Shown: piece by piece, positions 20,461 through 31,396 of the stretch
Layout of the letters: each line of letters begins with the position of its first letter
Numbering within the stretch: position 1 is the stretch's first letter
Position numbers and translations under genes: made by a program
The notes under the pieces: generated by a model
Database searches by the model: none
Told to the model about the DNA's origin: nothing
The model's input: only the letters and a program-made list of their open reading frames with translations
NCBI GenBank assembly: GCA_963818475.1
Contig: CAWFSF010000003.1
Coordinates: 96,001-160,000 of the forward strand
Length of the DNA: 64,000 nucleotides
Direction: 5' to 3'
DNA from: Nitrospirota bacterium
GTDB taxonomy: Bacteria > Nitrospirota > UBA9217

Positions 20461-21648
20461 CTAATGTTCCAAGCCGGTTACGATACCATTGGCTATGAAG
20501 CTGGAACCCGCCTCCAGCTCGAGTGTAAATGTTTCCTCCGTTGAATCCCGTTCTATGATCTCGCGCAATCTGGCCTGCTGCATTCCTGTTCTGTCATTAT
20601 AAAAATAGAAAGCATCTCCCGGTTGATACAGTCCAACGCTCCCTGCCTGGCGTTTACCCGGTTTATACGAACACCACCCCCTTCCCGCAACCAGAAATGG
20701 ATGGTCCTCGGTTGTCGTTATTTCCGCCCCGTTGTCGAGTTTCAGCGTCAGCAGGCGCGAGTGAACCGCCTTGACAACCTTGGTAACTGTTGCAGCAGTC
20801 AGGGCCGGTTTACTGACATCGAATTGCTTTACCCGGTCGCCGACCGCAATTGCTTCGATCGGCTTTTCCCCGTTTTCCAGCGCGATCTTCGTTCCTCTGG
20901 CAAGGCAGTGCACGTCCAAGCCGTCGAAACGGATCTCGGTGATCACCGTGTCATCGTATGCATCGCCTTTGTACACTTCCATGATCTCGAATCTGAGCAC
21001 AAGATCCTTGCCGTCGCTCGTCCTTCCGAGGGGACCCGCCAGCTTGAACGTCTGGAGCGCACGTGTGTCCTGGAGTTCAAGAATCGCGTACGGCCTGCCC
21101 GTTACCCACAGTTTCAGTTTTTTCACGCGCGAGTTCTTTTTCCAGGCTTCTTCGCTTTTTATATACCCGTTGTAGATCAGGATATCCGTGACCCGCGGAC
21201 TATTGTTTTTGAAGAAGCATTCGAGATACTGTCCTTCTCCATACCCCTGCACGCCCTCGACCCAGGCATTCTTGAAACTGTTGTCATGGGCATTCTCCGC
21301 GTCATAGGTGACATTCCCCGAGGGTTTGAGCGCGGACGACGCGGCCACCTTGTACGGCCCCCCGCCGCAGTACCAGCTGCAGCCCTGATCTTCGATGTCC
21401 CAGATTCCGAAGTCTTCGGATTCTCCCAGTCTAAGCATCAGCTCTTTCTCCCGGTCAGTCAATTCGTCCGAGAGGCCCTTTCTCACCTTTTCAATCGCTT
21501 TGTCTCTCTGCTCGAATTCATTCTGCCTCCGTATGCTCAGATCGGGAACGTCGCCGATTTTCGGCTTCAGAACAGGCAGGTTCTGCGGCTGCCCGAAAGC
21601 CGAAACGACAAACATGAAGAGCGTTAAAAAAAAGCCAAATTTTTTCAT
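20461..21648 (-). CDS. Secreted protein: discoidin-like/NADase-type glycan-binding domain plus C-terminal Hint domain
   Basis: Signal peptide; AWVEGVQGYGEGQ, NGYIKS..W..NSRVKKL; Hint blocks CLARGTKI, TTTEDHPF, FIANGIV. Confidence 0.85.
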   Translation of the reverse strand: MKKFGFFLTLFMFVVSAFGQPQNLPVLKPKIGDVPDLSIRRQNEFEQRDKAIEKVRKGLSDELTDREKELMLRLGESEDFGIWDIEDQGCSWYCGGGPYKVAASSALKPSGNVTYDAENAHDNSFKNAWVEGVQGYGEGQYLECFFKNNSPRVTDILIYNGYIKSEEAWKKNSRVKKLKLWVTGRPYAILELQDTRALQTFKLAGPLGRTSDGKDLVLRFEIMEVYKGDAYDDTVITEIRFDGLDVHCLARGTKIALENGEKPIEAIAVGDRVKQFDVSKPALTAATVTKVVKAVHSRLLTLKLDNGAEITTTEDHPFLVAGRGWCSYKPGKRQAGSVGLYQPGDAFYFYNDRTGMQQARLREIIERDSTEETFTLELEAGSSFIANGIVTGLEH

Positions 21649-21700
21649 TTTGGTAATCTCCCTTGCCGTTGAATATCTGCCCCACGTTAGTTTATTGCTA

Positions 21701-22324
21701 CTATTCCTTAACGGCTAATCGCGCATTCACACTTTCCAGAAATGCGGCAGCTTCCGCTGCATGAGTCATGGCAAGCAAATGACCGGCTTCTTCAACGATC
21801 TCGCATCCGGCTGCCGGACAGGGTATGACGTGGTCCTTCCTGCCGTGAAGGCGGTATATCTTACCTGTCGGACCACCTGGCCATCCCATGAAGGCAGGTA
21901 GGCACACATCGCTCGGATGAATTCTGGATCGGAATCCGCAAACATCGTACTCACCAGACTTCGATGCTTTCCGACGAGAGCCTGAATTATCGTTACAGGG
22001 GCTGCGTTAGCAAGCGGAGACAGCAGCGAAAGCATCGGCTGTACTTCCTTTCGGTTTACGGCACTGCCGAGCAGGATTACGGCCTTCGGACTCGACCAGT
22101 TGGGCGATCTCAAGAGCAACCATGCCCCCGAGGGAAGATCCACCCACAACGTCATCAGCGCCGATATCGTTTTCCTTGATGACTCTCCGGGCCACGTCTG
22201 CGTACGTTTTCTCACCGCGATATTCAGGCCAGTTGAGAAAGTTGACTTTGAATCCCAGCTTATGCTTCAGCCCGTTGTACATGGCATCTGTTGCGCCCAT
22301 TCCGGGCAGTAAGAACCATCTCAT
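21701..22324 (-). pseudogene. Alpha/beta hydrolase, two frameshifts
   Basis: LLPGMGA, GSSLGG nucleophile elbow, HGRKDHVIP, AGHL across three frames. Confidence 0.8.
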
Positions 22325-22539
22325 GATGACTCAGCTTTCTTTTCCAACTCTGGCTAAAACTCACGCAAGGAATCGAGCAATATTGGCGAAGAACGACAAA
22401 TGTCAAGACGCAAGACCCTAAAGGTTCCACTAATAGCTCTTTAGAGCCGATACCATAACAAAGGACCTGACCCTGTTGGGCCCCATGTCTCTAGGAAGAA
22501 ATACTATGAAAAGGGAATTCACTGCGGATTAACGACGTT

Positions 22540-23644
22540 TCATCTTCTTCTGTGAAAACTAATAGTATCAATGGAAAATTCGAGGATCTGTTCTGACCGT
22601 GTATTAAAAATTACACTGGCTTCAAAATCTGCAGAGAAATATGTTTCAACGTGGCTTTCCATGCCTTCTAGCTCTGCATTGATGAACACCTTGTCGAATG
22701 CTATTATATTGCCAAAGTACTCTTCGATAGGAATCACGAGCTTTGCTACTACAGTGAGGAGAGTGAATCGATATTCGATATAGATATCATCGCCGGAAAC
22801 TTCGGTAAAATTAACTATTTCGGGATATTCAACTCCCTCAAAATCAACAAAACTGATTCGCTCCATGTGCTTTATACATTCTTGTGGATAGTCATCCTCT
22901 TCGAGAAGAACCTTGCATTCATGAATAGGCAGCTCGTTCAAAGTGTTTATCCCAGCGTCGGTAGCGAAGTCTTCAAGCATGTTGCCATATTTTTCTTGGA
23001 ATTTATCGTGATTGAAGCTATGTATGCCTTTCTCGATATTTTTTTCGACGAAATCTTTTAGTGAGATGTATAGCTGGAACTCGTTCAATACGTTATTTGA
23101 AGTAAGATCATCACGTAAATCTTTATGCAAAGCGACTGTCGAATCATTGATCTCAAAAAAATCATTCGTATTTGCGTTGATGAATGCGACGCATTCATCT
23201 TTATTAAGTTTTTTTAGATGCTGGATTGTGGAAAGCCAGATCAGGGCATCTCGATATCCTTTTTCTTCGAGCACGAAAGGGTCTCTGACCTTTTATAGCC
23301 TTGCGTACAAGAATATCGTGTGTTACTAGATCGTGTTCTATAATATCAACGTTATCAAATTTTTCTGCAATTATTTTGGCAAAATCATACTCTATGCTGT
23401 TTTGTGCCGGCCCTTCGATTTTCATATCGATTTTAAGGTCGCTACATCTCCTCGATATTTTCTCGATTTCTTCGAGCGTCGCCTTTGATTCGGAATCGAA
23501 CTTATTTTTCAATTCCATGCAAACGACTCTCGGAAGCAGAAGCCTTGCATTCGTATTGTTTGCGAAGTTAGCAAGCAAGGAGAACTGTGGACTCTTCAAG
23601 AACCAGTTGTTAAAGAATATATTGGTATCTATTATAATGTACAT
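22540..23644 (-). pseudogene. PIN-like (DUF4935-type) protein, frameshifted near 23275
   Basis: IIIDTNIF N-terminus; KGYRDALIWLS and FINANTNDF in second frame; low GC. Confidence 0.75.
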
Positions 23645-23938
23645 ATCTCTTACCGTCTTAAAAGAATCAACTAAGAGCTAGTCGTCCGTTGCGTTAATGT
23701 ATATATCCCTGATTCTACCATCCCATATAACGTTGTTGTTGAAATTGCATTACGTAATGAAACGCAACGGGTGCAACAACGTCACTCGGGCGCGGACAAT
23801 TTTTATGCTGCTGCGAAATAGGTGCAGAATGTTCAAGGACATCGTATATTCATAACAGTACCTAATTCCCCCTGATGGTTTGTGAAGAAAATCACAAATT
23901 CCATCAACATCCCGGAAACGGTCTCACGCGGCGGTTTT

Positions 23939-26425
23939 TCACTCCCTTCTTACCCTGACAGGTATCGTCGTAGTCACGCCGATCTGAATTGCGACCGGCG
24001 TATAAATATCCACAGCCAGATCGGGGGTATTAATGGAAACAATTAAGGAGTAACGGCATCGTTTATTCCATCGCTCTAGTTGATGTCGTTCCCTCCACCA
24101 GCCAACAGCAGGATAAACGGCAATTAAATTCGATGTTGCAAGATCGGCAGCTGTTCCTTGCCAAATATCGGAGTGTATGGAGCCGACGTTACGGGCTTCT
24201 CCAATAAGCCATTTGTCCCGTGGACCTTCGGTACCCGGATGTTCTCCCTCATCATCTCGTGCTTGCGTATTCACGCGCTGCACAAACTCATCTTCCGTTT
24301 CGCTTGGTCCATTCATTTCAAATCTAAGAGCATGGGAAGCATATCTATAGCGGTTGTCCCATCCGATTTCGCCCGGTCCTGGCTCAACAAAGTAAGAGAG
24401 TGTGATCCGCATTTTTACCAGCGTCTCACCCAATTCAGTTAAAACTTCGGATGGCCACGGCAGTTTGTACAGATGCATATCCTTGGTAACATATCGAGAG
24501 TCTATCTTATCAAAGGGTTGCAAGTCAGTTTCTGAAATCAAAGTCAATGAATTAGCCGCGCAGTATAACGCTCGCTCAAGATTCGGAACGCCGTATCCGC
24601 AAATGCGAAGCAATCTTGCGTAATCTTGTTTGGTAGGTTCAAGAGTGTTTATGAATTGCGCTTTCATCACATCGGTCCAATCGGCGGTGTGCACGATCAT
24701 GGCGCGTACCGTTTCAGGCCAGAAACTCGGATATTGAGTCTGTATTTGTGCAGCCATCCACGCGGCCTGTCCAACTGCGGCGCTTGTAGCATGAAATGGT
24801 GCAAATTGTTCCACATGTGGTTCATGCGACGTGGAAAGTAGCTTAAGATCCTCAGGGTCATACATAGAGTCATTGGGTCCGCGCGCTACATTCCCCCCTT
24901 CAAAAACAACGTCAGGTTTGATAGGCCATTTGCGCGGACTCCAAGTAGAAGAAGTAGTGCTATATGGGGAAAGTCCGCCTGAAGGTGCGAGGGGAGTAAA
25001 AGCACTGAGAGTCACGTCAGCTATATGCGTTTTTTCGGTAAAGGCACCGACCGTAAGGGCATTCCAAGCTTGCCCCGGGTCATGAACTTGGTTCGTAAGG
25101 TTGTCAGTTGGATAATTGCGCCAATTGATCGGATCTTCAACATTACCTGCGCTCAGCACTATGAGCCGGTGAATGTCGCCTTCATATCCCGAGGCTAATT
25201 CATCCACCATGGCCGACCAAGAGGAAGGTCGTCCTCGATCACGGTCTTCCGTTGAAGTTATTGCCAGGCACACAATTCGCTTACGCTGAGGCGCTTGAAT
25301 TTCAGCGAGCGAAATTCCTTGTGAGGTCATGTGACCCCATAATCTTTTTTGATTTTCTGCGGGCGGAGGTGGCAGGATTTTTGCGGATTCCAGACGATGG
25401 CCTACGTAGACCGGGTCTCGGCTATTGAGTAAAGCAAGCAAATCACCATAGGCTGCTGTTCCAGCCATCAGGGTCCCATGACCCTTATGGTCATGCACCC
25501 CCCATGAGGGATCGATTGCGTGGCGGTCGCTGTTGTTCAGGACTGGCTGGAGGAGTAAGTGCCCGTTGTTTACTCCCATGTCGAGAATGCAGATTGACAC
25601 GCCCGCGTTATCATTAAAGTCGGTACGGCTTAGCAATTCCCGTACACGTTCCACTTGCTCGCGATTTTGCAGTTCAATAAAAAAGGTTGCTACTTGCTTA
25701 GCAGCGCGATACTCAGAAATGTCATCAGAAGACTCGGCCAAGCGTTCCAATTGGCTCCGATTTGCTTTTATAAGCATCACTTGTCGTTCGGGAAACTTCA
25801 GGACACCCTCAGATGCCTCGATGTTAACCTCTCTAAGTAATGCTTCAAAGCGCGACAAAATCTCCACCTTATCGCCTTGCAGCCACACTTCGACCCATTC
25901 AGGATCGTCACCTGGTATCAAATCATTTTCATCTGAACGCCAGAAGGATTTCAAGACCGCTTTGCGAATATCGGAAATGCTATCAACTAATTTGGCATTT
26001 TTCGGCTTATTGCTTGGCCCATGCTCCAGCGCGTATGCCTCAATCTTCTTGAGAAAATACCCCCGTTGCCTGTGCGGGACATAAACGGTTGCGAGTGTGC
26101 GTTGTGACGATTCGCCTCCTTCTTTACGAATATTCAGAAGACGAATTCCTGATCGAATATTTTCGAGACTTTGAATTGCTAAATCGAACCCCGGTTCGCT
26201 CTCAAATTCAAGATACGCACCATGACGTTCAACCTGAACAACGGCCAGTTGCCGATCAACTTCACTCCACGTTTGCCGAAGACGCTCTTGCAGATAAGCA
26301 CTGTGAAGATCGCGGTCTCTATTTTTCGGGATGCGGTCGGTAGAACTGCCCCGCCGTGGGTTGGTATACCCCTGAGTGCGTGAAGGTCCTGACAATAATA
26401 TGTGTCTATAATGCTCTCCAGCCAT
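23939..26425 (-). CDS. S8 subtilase, IetS-like
   Basis: ILDMGV, HGTLMAG, SAGN, IKPDVV, ATSAA catalytic motifs; GYGVP; follows AAA ATPase. Confidence 0.9.
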   Translation of the reverse strand: MAGEHYRHILLSGPSRTQGYTNPRRGSSTDRIPKNRDRDLHSAYLQERLRQTWSEVDRQLAVVQVERHGAYLEFESEPGFDLAIQSLENIRSGIRLLNIRKEGGESSQRTLATVYVPHRQRGYFLKKIEAYALEHGPSNKPKNAKLVDSISDIRKAVLKSFWRSDENDLIPGDDPEWVEVWLQGDKVEILSRFEALLREVNIEASEGVLKFPERQVMLIKANRSQLERLAESSDDISEYRAAKQVATFFIELQNREQVERVRELLSRTDFNDNAGVSICILDMGVNNGHLLLQPVLNNSDRHAIDPSWGVHDHKGHGTLMAGTAAYGDLLALLNSRDPVYVGHRLESAKILPPPPAENQKRLWGHMTSQGISLAEIQAPQRKRIVCLAITSTEDRDRGRPSSWSAMVDELASGYEGDIHRLIVLSAGNVEDPINWRNYPTDNLTNQVHDPGQAWNALTVGAFTEKTHIADVTLSAFTPLAPSGGLSPYSTTSSTWSPRKWPIKPDVVFEGGNVARGPNDSMYDPEDLKLLSTSHEPHVEQFAPFHATSAAVGQAAWMAAQIQTQYPSFWPETVRAMIVHTADWTDVMKAQFINTLEPTKQDYARLLRICGYGVPNLERALYCAANSLTLISETDLQPFDKIDSRYVTKDMHLYKLPWPSEVLTELGETLVKMRITLSYFVEPGPGEIGWDNRYRYASHALRFEMNGPSETEDEFVQRVNTQARDDEGEHPGTEGPRDKWLIGEARNVGSIHSDIWQGTAADLATSNLIAVYPAVGWWRERHQLERWNKRCRYSLIVSINTPDLAVDIYTPVAIQIGVTTTIPVRVRRE

Positions 26426-26444
26426 GCGGCTTTTATCCTCTTAA

Positions 26445-27401
26445 TTACTGGTGAATGCTCTGACGTTCCTTCAGCATTTGTAGCAAGAAAGCTGGGCTAA
26501 CCTTCTCCTTATCAGAGAGAATGGTCTGTTTTATCGCATCCCGACAGGCTTGGTCGATTTCAGCATGACTCAAACCATTCGATTCAGAAACCGCATCTTT
26601 CCATGAAAATTTAACCGCGAGAAATGAACTCAATAGATTTTGCATTAAGCGCTTCCTGGCCTGATCATCCGGTAGTTTATAGTAGAGCACATCGTCAAAG
26701 CGGCGAAACAGTGCCCGGTCCAATAATTTTGGGCTGTTTGAGGCAGCGACTATCAAGCTATCTGAAGTGTCCTGTTCGATGAATTGCAAAAAAGCATTCA
26801 GAACCCGGCGCATTTCACCTACGTCGTTGTCCATAGATCGCTCACCGCCGATAGCATCGAATTCATCGAATAGATACACCCCTGGCTCCTGCTGGATCAG
26901 CTCGAATATCTGTCTGAGCTTGGCACTGGTTTCTCCCATGAACTTTGTAACCATCTTGTCGACCTGAACGGTATTAAGAGTTAGTCGTAATTCATTTGCC
27001 AATACCTGAGTTGTCATTGTTTTGCCCGTCCCGGGTGGCCCTACAAGTAATATTTTTCGCCGATGGGACAGACCGTGGCTCTTCAGTTTTTCCTGCTGCC
27101 GATATTCATGAATAATCCGATCAACCCGGTTCATAAGACTGTCCGGCATCACGAGGGTCGCCTTGGACGTTTTCGGTTGCTCTGACAGCACGAGACCCCG
27201 CAAATCTTGAGGAAACTTCAGTACTCGCGGACCCCTTTCCTTCCGTGCCTTATCAACAATTTCACGGATATCGACCGCTAAAGCACCGTGCCCCTGCTGA
27301 GATTCATGCGCCGCTACCTGAAGAGCTGTAGTGAAAAAACGCTCAGGATCGCTGCTGAAATGCGATCGGATAAGTGCTTTTAATTGTTCCGCAGTCGCCA
27401 T
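26445..27401 (-). CDS. AAA ATPase, IetA-like
   Basis: GPPGTGKT, LFDEFD, LDRALFRRFD. Confidence 0.9.
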   Translation of the reverse strand: MATAEQLKALIRSHFSSDPERFFTTALQVAAHESQQGHGALAVDIREIVDKARKERGPRVLKFPQDLRGLVLSEQPKTSKATLVMPDSLMNRVDRIIHEYRQQEKLKSHGLSHRRKILLVGPPGTGKTMTTQVLANELRLTLNTVQVDKMVTKFMGETSAKLRQIFELIQQEPGVYLFDEFDAIGGERSMDNDVGEMRRVLNAFLQFIEQDTSDSLIVAASNSPKLLDRALFRRFDDVLYYKLPDDQARKRLMQNLLSSFLAVKFSWKDAVSESNGLSHAEIDQACRDAIKQTILSDKEKVSPAFLLQMLKERQSIHQ

Positions 27402-27613
27402 ATTGTTACCTCATGCCTACATATAAAAGCTCAATTTGTAGTAGATTAACACACCTCACTAAAGATTTATAGTTTTTTTCATCTACGAATTCAGGGGACG
27501 TTGTGGCCCAGGTGTCGTTTCGTCCCACCCCCAAGAAGAACTCAAAGGGTCTTTTGATATAACGCTTCCGTTTCTCTCGGCGCGACTCCGTTGTTTCTAA
27601 TTATGCTTCCCCC

Positions 27614-27904
27614 CTACGCTATCTTCAGCTCTTTGCGTATATTTTCCGCGACCCACTGCCGCACCAGGGTTTGATAGGGAATTCCCTTCTTCGTGGCGAC
27701 TTTTTTGATCGACAAGAGATAGAGCGGGTCTAGTTTGATCGTTATGTTCCGCAATTTTCTCTTTCGTTTTCCCGAGAGAATATCCTGCTTGAGCGCGTCT
27801 TCAAGACTCAGCGCGACTTCACCTTCCACGATTTCACCGAGAATACCTCGTTTATCGTAGTACTCCTCATCAGTCACTTTTTTCTTTCCTGTTTTCGCCT
27901 TCAT
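27614..27904 (-). CDS. BrnA/CopG-type antitoxin
   Basis: ITIKLDP...KGIPYQTLVRQWV ribbon-helix-helix. Confidence 0.85.
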   Translation of the reverse strand: MKAKTGKKKVTDEEYYDKRGILGEIVEGEVALSLEDALKQDILSGKRKRKLRNITIKLDPLYLLSIKKVATKKGIPYQTLVRQWVAENIRKELKIA

Positions 27905-27922
27905 AGCTTCCGCCTCCTCGCA

Positions 27923-28195
27923 TCAACCTCGATGTTTCTGCCAGTACCTGATTTCCGCTTTATCCATGTCCCAGCCCGTTATGACCCGCGCCACGCCGTT
28001 CTTTTTCAGGACAAACACGACGGCAAGGTAACGCCCTTCCTCTGTCGGCCCCATCGCGACGTAGTGGCCCTTCTTCGTTTTTCGATATAACGGCCTGCTC
28101 GCGAAGACTTCTTCCGCCTCTTCGGGCTTTACACCATGACCAAGCTCGATATGCACGACATTGCCCTCGTCCCATTCAAATTCCTTGATGAACAA
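27923..28195 (-). CDS. BrnT-family toxin
   Basis: FEWDEGN..H...HGV..EEAEEVF, GRYLAVVF, RVITG. Confidence 0.9.
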   Translation of the reverse strand: MFIKEFEWDEGNVVHIELGHGVKPEEAEEVFASRPLYRKTKKGHYVAMGPTEEGRYLAVVFVLKKNGVARVITGWDMDKAEIRYWQKHRG

Positions 28196-28362
28196 TGTAG
28201 TCCCTCCCGAGGTAATACATAGTATTACTATTTTTTCCGAAAGTCAACGGGTCGATACGTATCAACGACAGGATTGCCACGCTCCCGCCCGGTCGCTCGG
28301 GGACCGCCAAGGGGACGTAGTTGCGCCCGTTGCGCGGCGGTTTAAAAACCTTAACAGTCCGC

Positions 28363-29589
28363 CTAAAGTATGCTTTGCCCTATTCTCTCCCAATTCACCC
28401 TTCCATCCACCCCGTCCCATGACCAATAAAGCTTCAAAGCTTTCCCCTCAATTGTATTCCTCGGCACCGCTCCCCATACACGGCTGTCCTGGCTGTTATC
28501 CCGGTTGTCGCCAAGAACAAAGACCTCGTTGTCAGGTACGATCCACGGCCCCTGGTTGAAGGTTGCCAGATCATCCCTCAGGTATTGGATACTATGAGCT
28601 TTGTCACCAAGTTGTTCCTCGTAAACCATTATGTTTGAAGTCCTGCCAGGGAGATTACCCGGCCGTGTCTGAATAAGTTTTTTTGGAACGATATTGTCAT
28701 TTATATAGAGGTCGCCGTTTATGAACTGCACTTTGTCACCGCCGATTGCTATTGCCCGCTTAATGAAGTTCTTCGCTGGATTCTCAGGATAAGGGAAAAC
28801 AACGATATCTCCGCGCTGAAGACCGTCCACTGCTTTTTGTCTCTTGTCGATCAGAAGGTGATCGCCGATCTGGAGCGTAGGGACCATGGAGCCGGCCGGG
28901 ATTTTATAGGCCTTCAGGAAATTTTCCTTTATGATAGGCCCATAAGGCATCGTTTTCAAAAACAACATTACCATAATAAAGACCAGCAAGCCGTTGCCTT
29001 GATTTAAAAACCGTTCCGATGAGCCATTGCGTTTCTCAGCTGAATCAAAAGCGTCCTTTATCGAGAAAAAGTACAGCGCCAAAGCCAGGAGGGAAAACTG
29101 ATAAAAGATATCTTCCCCTGCAAACACGCAAAGAAGAGCGACAACAAATCCAATTCCCTTCACCACCTGCCCGTTATAAAACTGGCCCATTCCCGGAAAC
29201 AAAAATAAGGACAGGAACGTTGCCATCCATGCTTTCTTCCGTCCTGTCGTGTCAACGATCAGACCGTAAACGCTATTGAATTTCCCGGCCACTTTGTAGG
29301 CATCGAAGAGAGCAGCAATATGAATCACCGAGATAAGAAGCAAGGAGCCGAGACTGACAATCAGGGAGGCCCTTGCCGCAGCCTGAGCATCCAAGGCGAG
29401 GAAACCCGCCATACCCCCAAAAGCCGTGAGGGCAAGAATGATCGCAAATGCGATTAAAAAGATCCCGCGTAATCTTGCCCCTGCGTAGAGATGCCCTGCT
29501 CCCGTAAACAAACCAGTGAGAAATACTGCTTTCCAGGGATGCTTGATCGCAGCTATGTCATCCATCTGCCCGCCCTTATTCGTTTCCAT
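28363..29589 (-). CDS. lepB: Signal peptidase I with extended N-terminal membrane domain
   Basis: GSMVPTL (Ser), FIKRAIA (Lys), GDNRDNSQDSR. Confidence 0.9.
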   Translation of the reverse strand: METNKGGQMDDIAAIKHPWKAVFLTGLFTGAGHLYAGARLRGIFLIAFAIILALTAFGGMAGFLALDAQAAARASLIVSLGSLLLISVIHIAALFDAYKVAGKFNSVYGLIVDTTGRKKAWMATFLSLFLFPGMGQFYNGQVVKGIGFVVALLCVFAGEDIFYQFSLLALALYFFSIKDAFDSAEKRNGSSERFLNQGNGLLVFIMVMLFLKTMPYGPIIKENFLKAYKIPAGSMVPTLQIGDHLLIDKRQKAVDGLQRGDIVVFPYPENPAKNFIKRAIAIGGDKVQFINGDLYINDNIVPKKLIQTRPGNLPGRTSNIMVYEEQLGDKAHSIQYLRDDLATFNQGPWIVPDNEVFVLGDNRDNSQDSRVWGAVPRNTIEGKALKLYWSWDGVDGRVNWERIGQSIL

Positions 29590-29704
29590 AGATTTGTATT
29601 ACAAAGCCCCCGTTCCCACACTTGCAGAAACTCCTGAGGATCAGGTGCTAAATTTTGATGTTCGCCTCTTCCGTGGCGAAGCTGCCCTTATCCTTTCTGC
29701 TTCT

Positions 29705-29817
29705 CTTCCTCATTCTTCCCCGTCATGAACTGCTGATACAGGAACGACACCAAGATCAGCACCGCGGCGAGGCCGACGAAGGATGCCACGCGGTAGAGCT
29801 GGCCGAGCCCAGAGGTC
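29705..29817 (-). repeat. Diverged duplicate of the DUF2339 3' end (other copy 32133-32247)
   Basis: ~113 bp with 6 substitutions and a 2-nt indel. Confidence 0.9.
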
Positions 29818-30309
29818 ACGGCATAAACGCTTTAGCCGGCACGACCTCTCCGCGCCATTTGCGAACTACTTGTTTGCCTCCCCAGACAAACCATCCGAAG
29901 AGACGTACCGCGATCCAGTAGACATACCGCCACAGAAACTCTGACTTCCCCATGAGCAGGAGGAAACATTTATCTGCCTGACGTCGTTTGATCGGCGTAC
30001 CTTCGCGAAGGAACTGATAGAGCGCATCATGCACCAGTGACGCATAGTAGGCCTTCGGCTTCCCGGTCTCCGCAGAGACAATCCCGTCCGGAGTACCTAT
30101 ACAGAGATCGAGCAGACAAAACTTCGGGCTGCAGCCATTCCAGGTGTACCCCTTCATCACGGTCAGCTTTCCACTTACCTCGATGATCAATCGCACTTTT
30201 TTCTGCTCATCCCGAAAGACGAGGTCTTCGCTGACCCGCAGCGGGGAATCCCAGGTATAGTTCTTCTCGATGCGATACAGCCACTGAACTGCATTCCTGC
30301 ACATCATGA
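29816..30309 (-). CDS. DUF1353-like hypothetical protein
   Basis: GYTWNGCS, ASLVHDALYQ, RRQADKCF, YWIAVRLFG. Confidence 0.7.
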
Positions 30310-30429
30310 TGCATCCACCACCTTTCAGGGAACCCGGAGGGTTTTGAATGTTGATGTTCTTCTCTTCTATGCTTCCCGTTTCTCTTCCTCGAAATTCTAA
30401 TGGAACTGATAGGGTCAGGTCCATACTGT

Positions 30430-31203
30430 TTACCTCTGGACTTCGACTTCCCTCGTTCCATTCTGGTCAATGACCCGCACCTTGTTTTCCGCATAACTTC
30501 TAATGTTGGCCTGTATTGGTATGTTTCGGTCATCCTCGTAATAGAAATCGGTCCTCACAATCGGTTCCCTGGTGTCCGGCCCGTACATGATCATCTCACG
30601 CAGCTGTCCGAGGTCATTATATTCATATTCGGTGTACGTAACGATCGCCTCCTGCGCTCGCAGTATGCTCTTTTGTGTCTCTTCAAAAGCTGAAGGTGTG
30701 CTTGCCGCCAATCCGACCACGAACCCGCCTGCTGTGCCGACAACAGCCCCTGCGACCAGGCCTCCGGCCATCAGTTCCAGATCGTTGCTGCTGTTTTCCT
30801 CGGTCGAGGCGTCCGCCAACGCGAGGGCCATGACCAATCCAACCGCCGCACCATTCTCGAACCCCTTACCGGTCCAGTCGTACACGATTCGCAAAGGGAC
30901 CCTGAAATCGCCATGAGACCGCTTGATCGCGATATCAAACGTCTTGACAGGAGTATCGCCACGAAACAACCCTACCGTGAACCGTTCTCCCGGATCGACA
31001 GGCCGCTTGTTCAGCGTCTTCACAAACAGGGGCAATCCCCTCTGATCATATTCCACTTCCCTCAGGATGACCGTCCGGAGAGAGCCAGAGGACTGATCTG
31101 CCAGGTTCACCTGTTTGGTGCCGCAGGCGGTAAGAAGAATCAAACAGAGGCTCGAAACAAAGATTGCTCGCATATCAACCCGCATATTAATTAGTCGAGA
31201 CAT
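30430..31203 (-). CDS. Lipoprotein with glycine-rich hydrophobic segment
   Basis: Lipobox LTAC; GxxxG-rich hairpin. Confidence 0.75.
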   Translation of the reverse strand: MSRLINMRVDMRAIFVSSLCLILLTACGTKQVNLADQSSGSLRTVILREVEYDQRGLPLFVKTLNKRPVDPGERFTVGLFRGDTPVKTFDIAIKRSHGDFRVPLRIVYDWTGKGFENGAAVGLVMALALADASTEENSSNDLELMAGGLVAGAVVGTAGGFVVGLAASTPSAFEETQKSILRAQEAIVTYTEYEYNDLGQLREMIMYGPDTREPIVRTDFYYEDDRNIPIQANIRSYAENKVRVIDQNGTREVEVQR

Positions 31204-31396
31204 TTGAAGTTCATGTGTTCTTTGAGCACCGAGAGGACGATGTTACTTACATTCGGTCCCCGCCCCAGACATTCCACGTTGCCTGCCTTCTGGAGATCGC
31301 GAAGGACTTCGCCGAGGTCTTGCCAGATACCACGACGTGATCATGGAGATCGTCTCGGGCTTTGCTGTGAATTGTTTCAAGGTCATCATGGTTTTT

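Noticed and set aside
27556-27596. Possible half attC site
   Set aside because: No complementary arm; too weak to call
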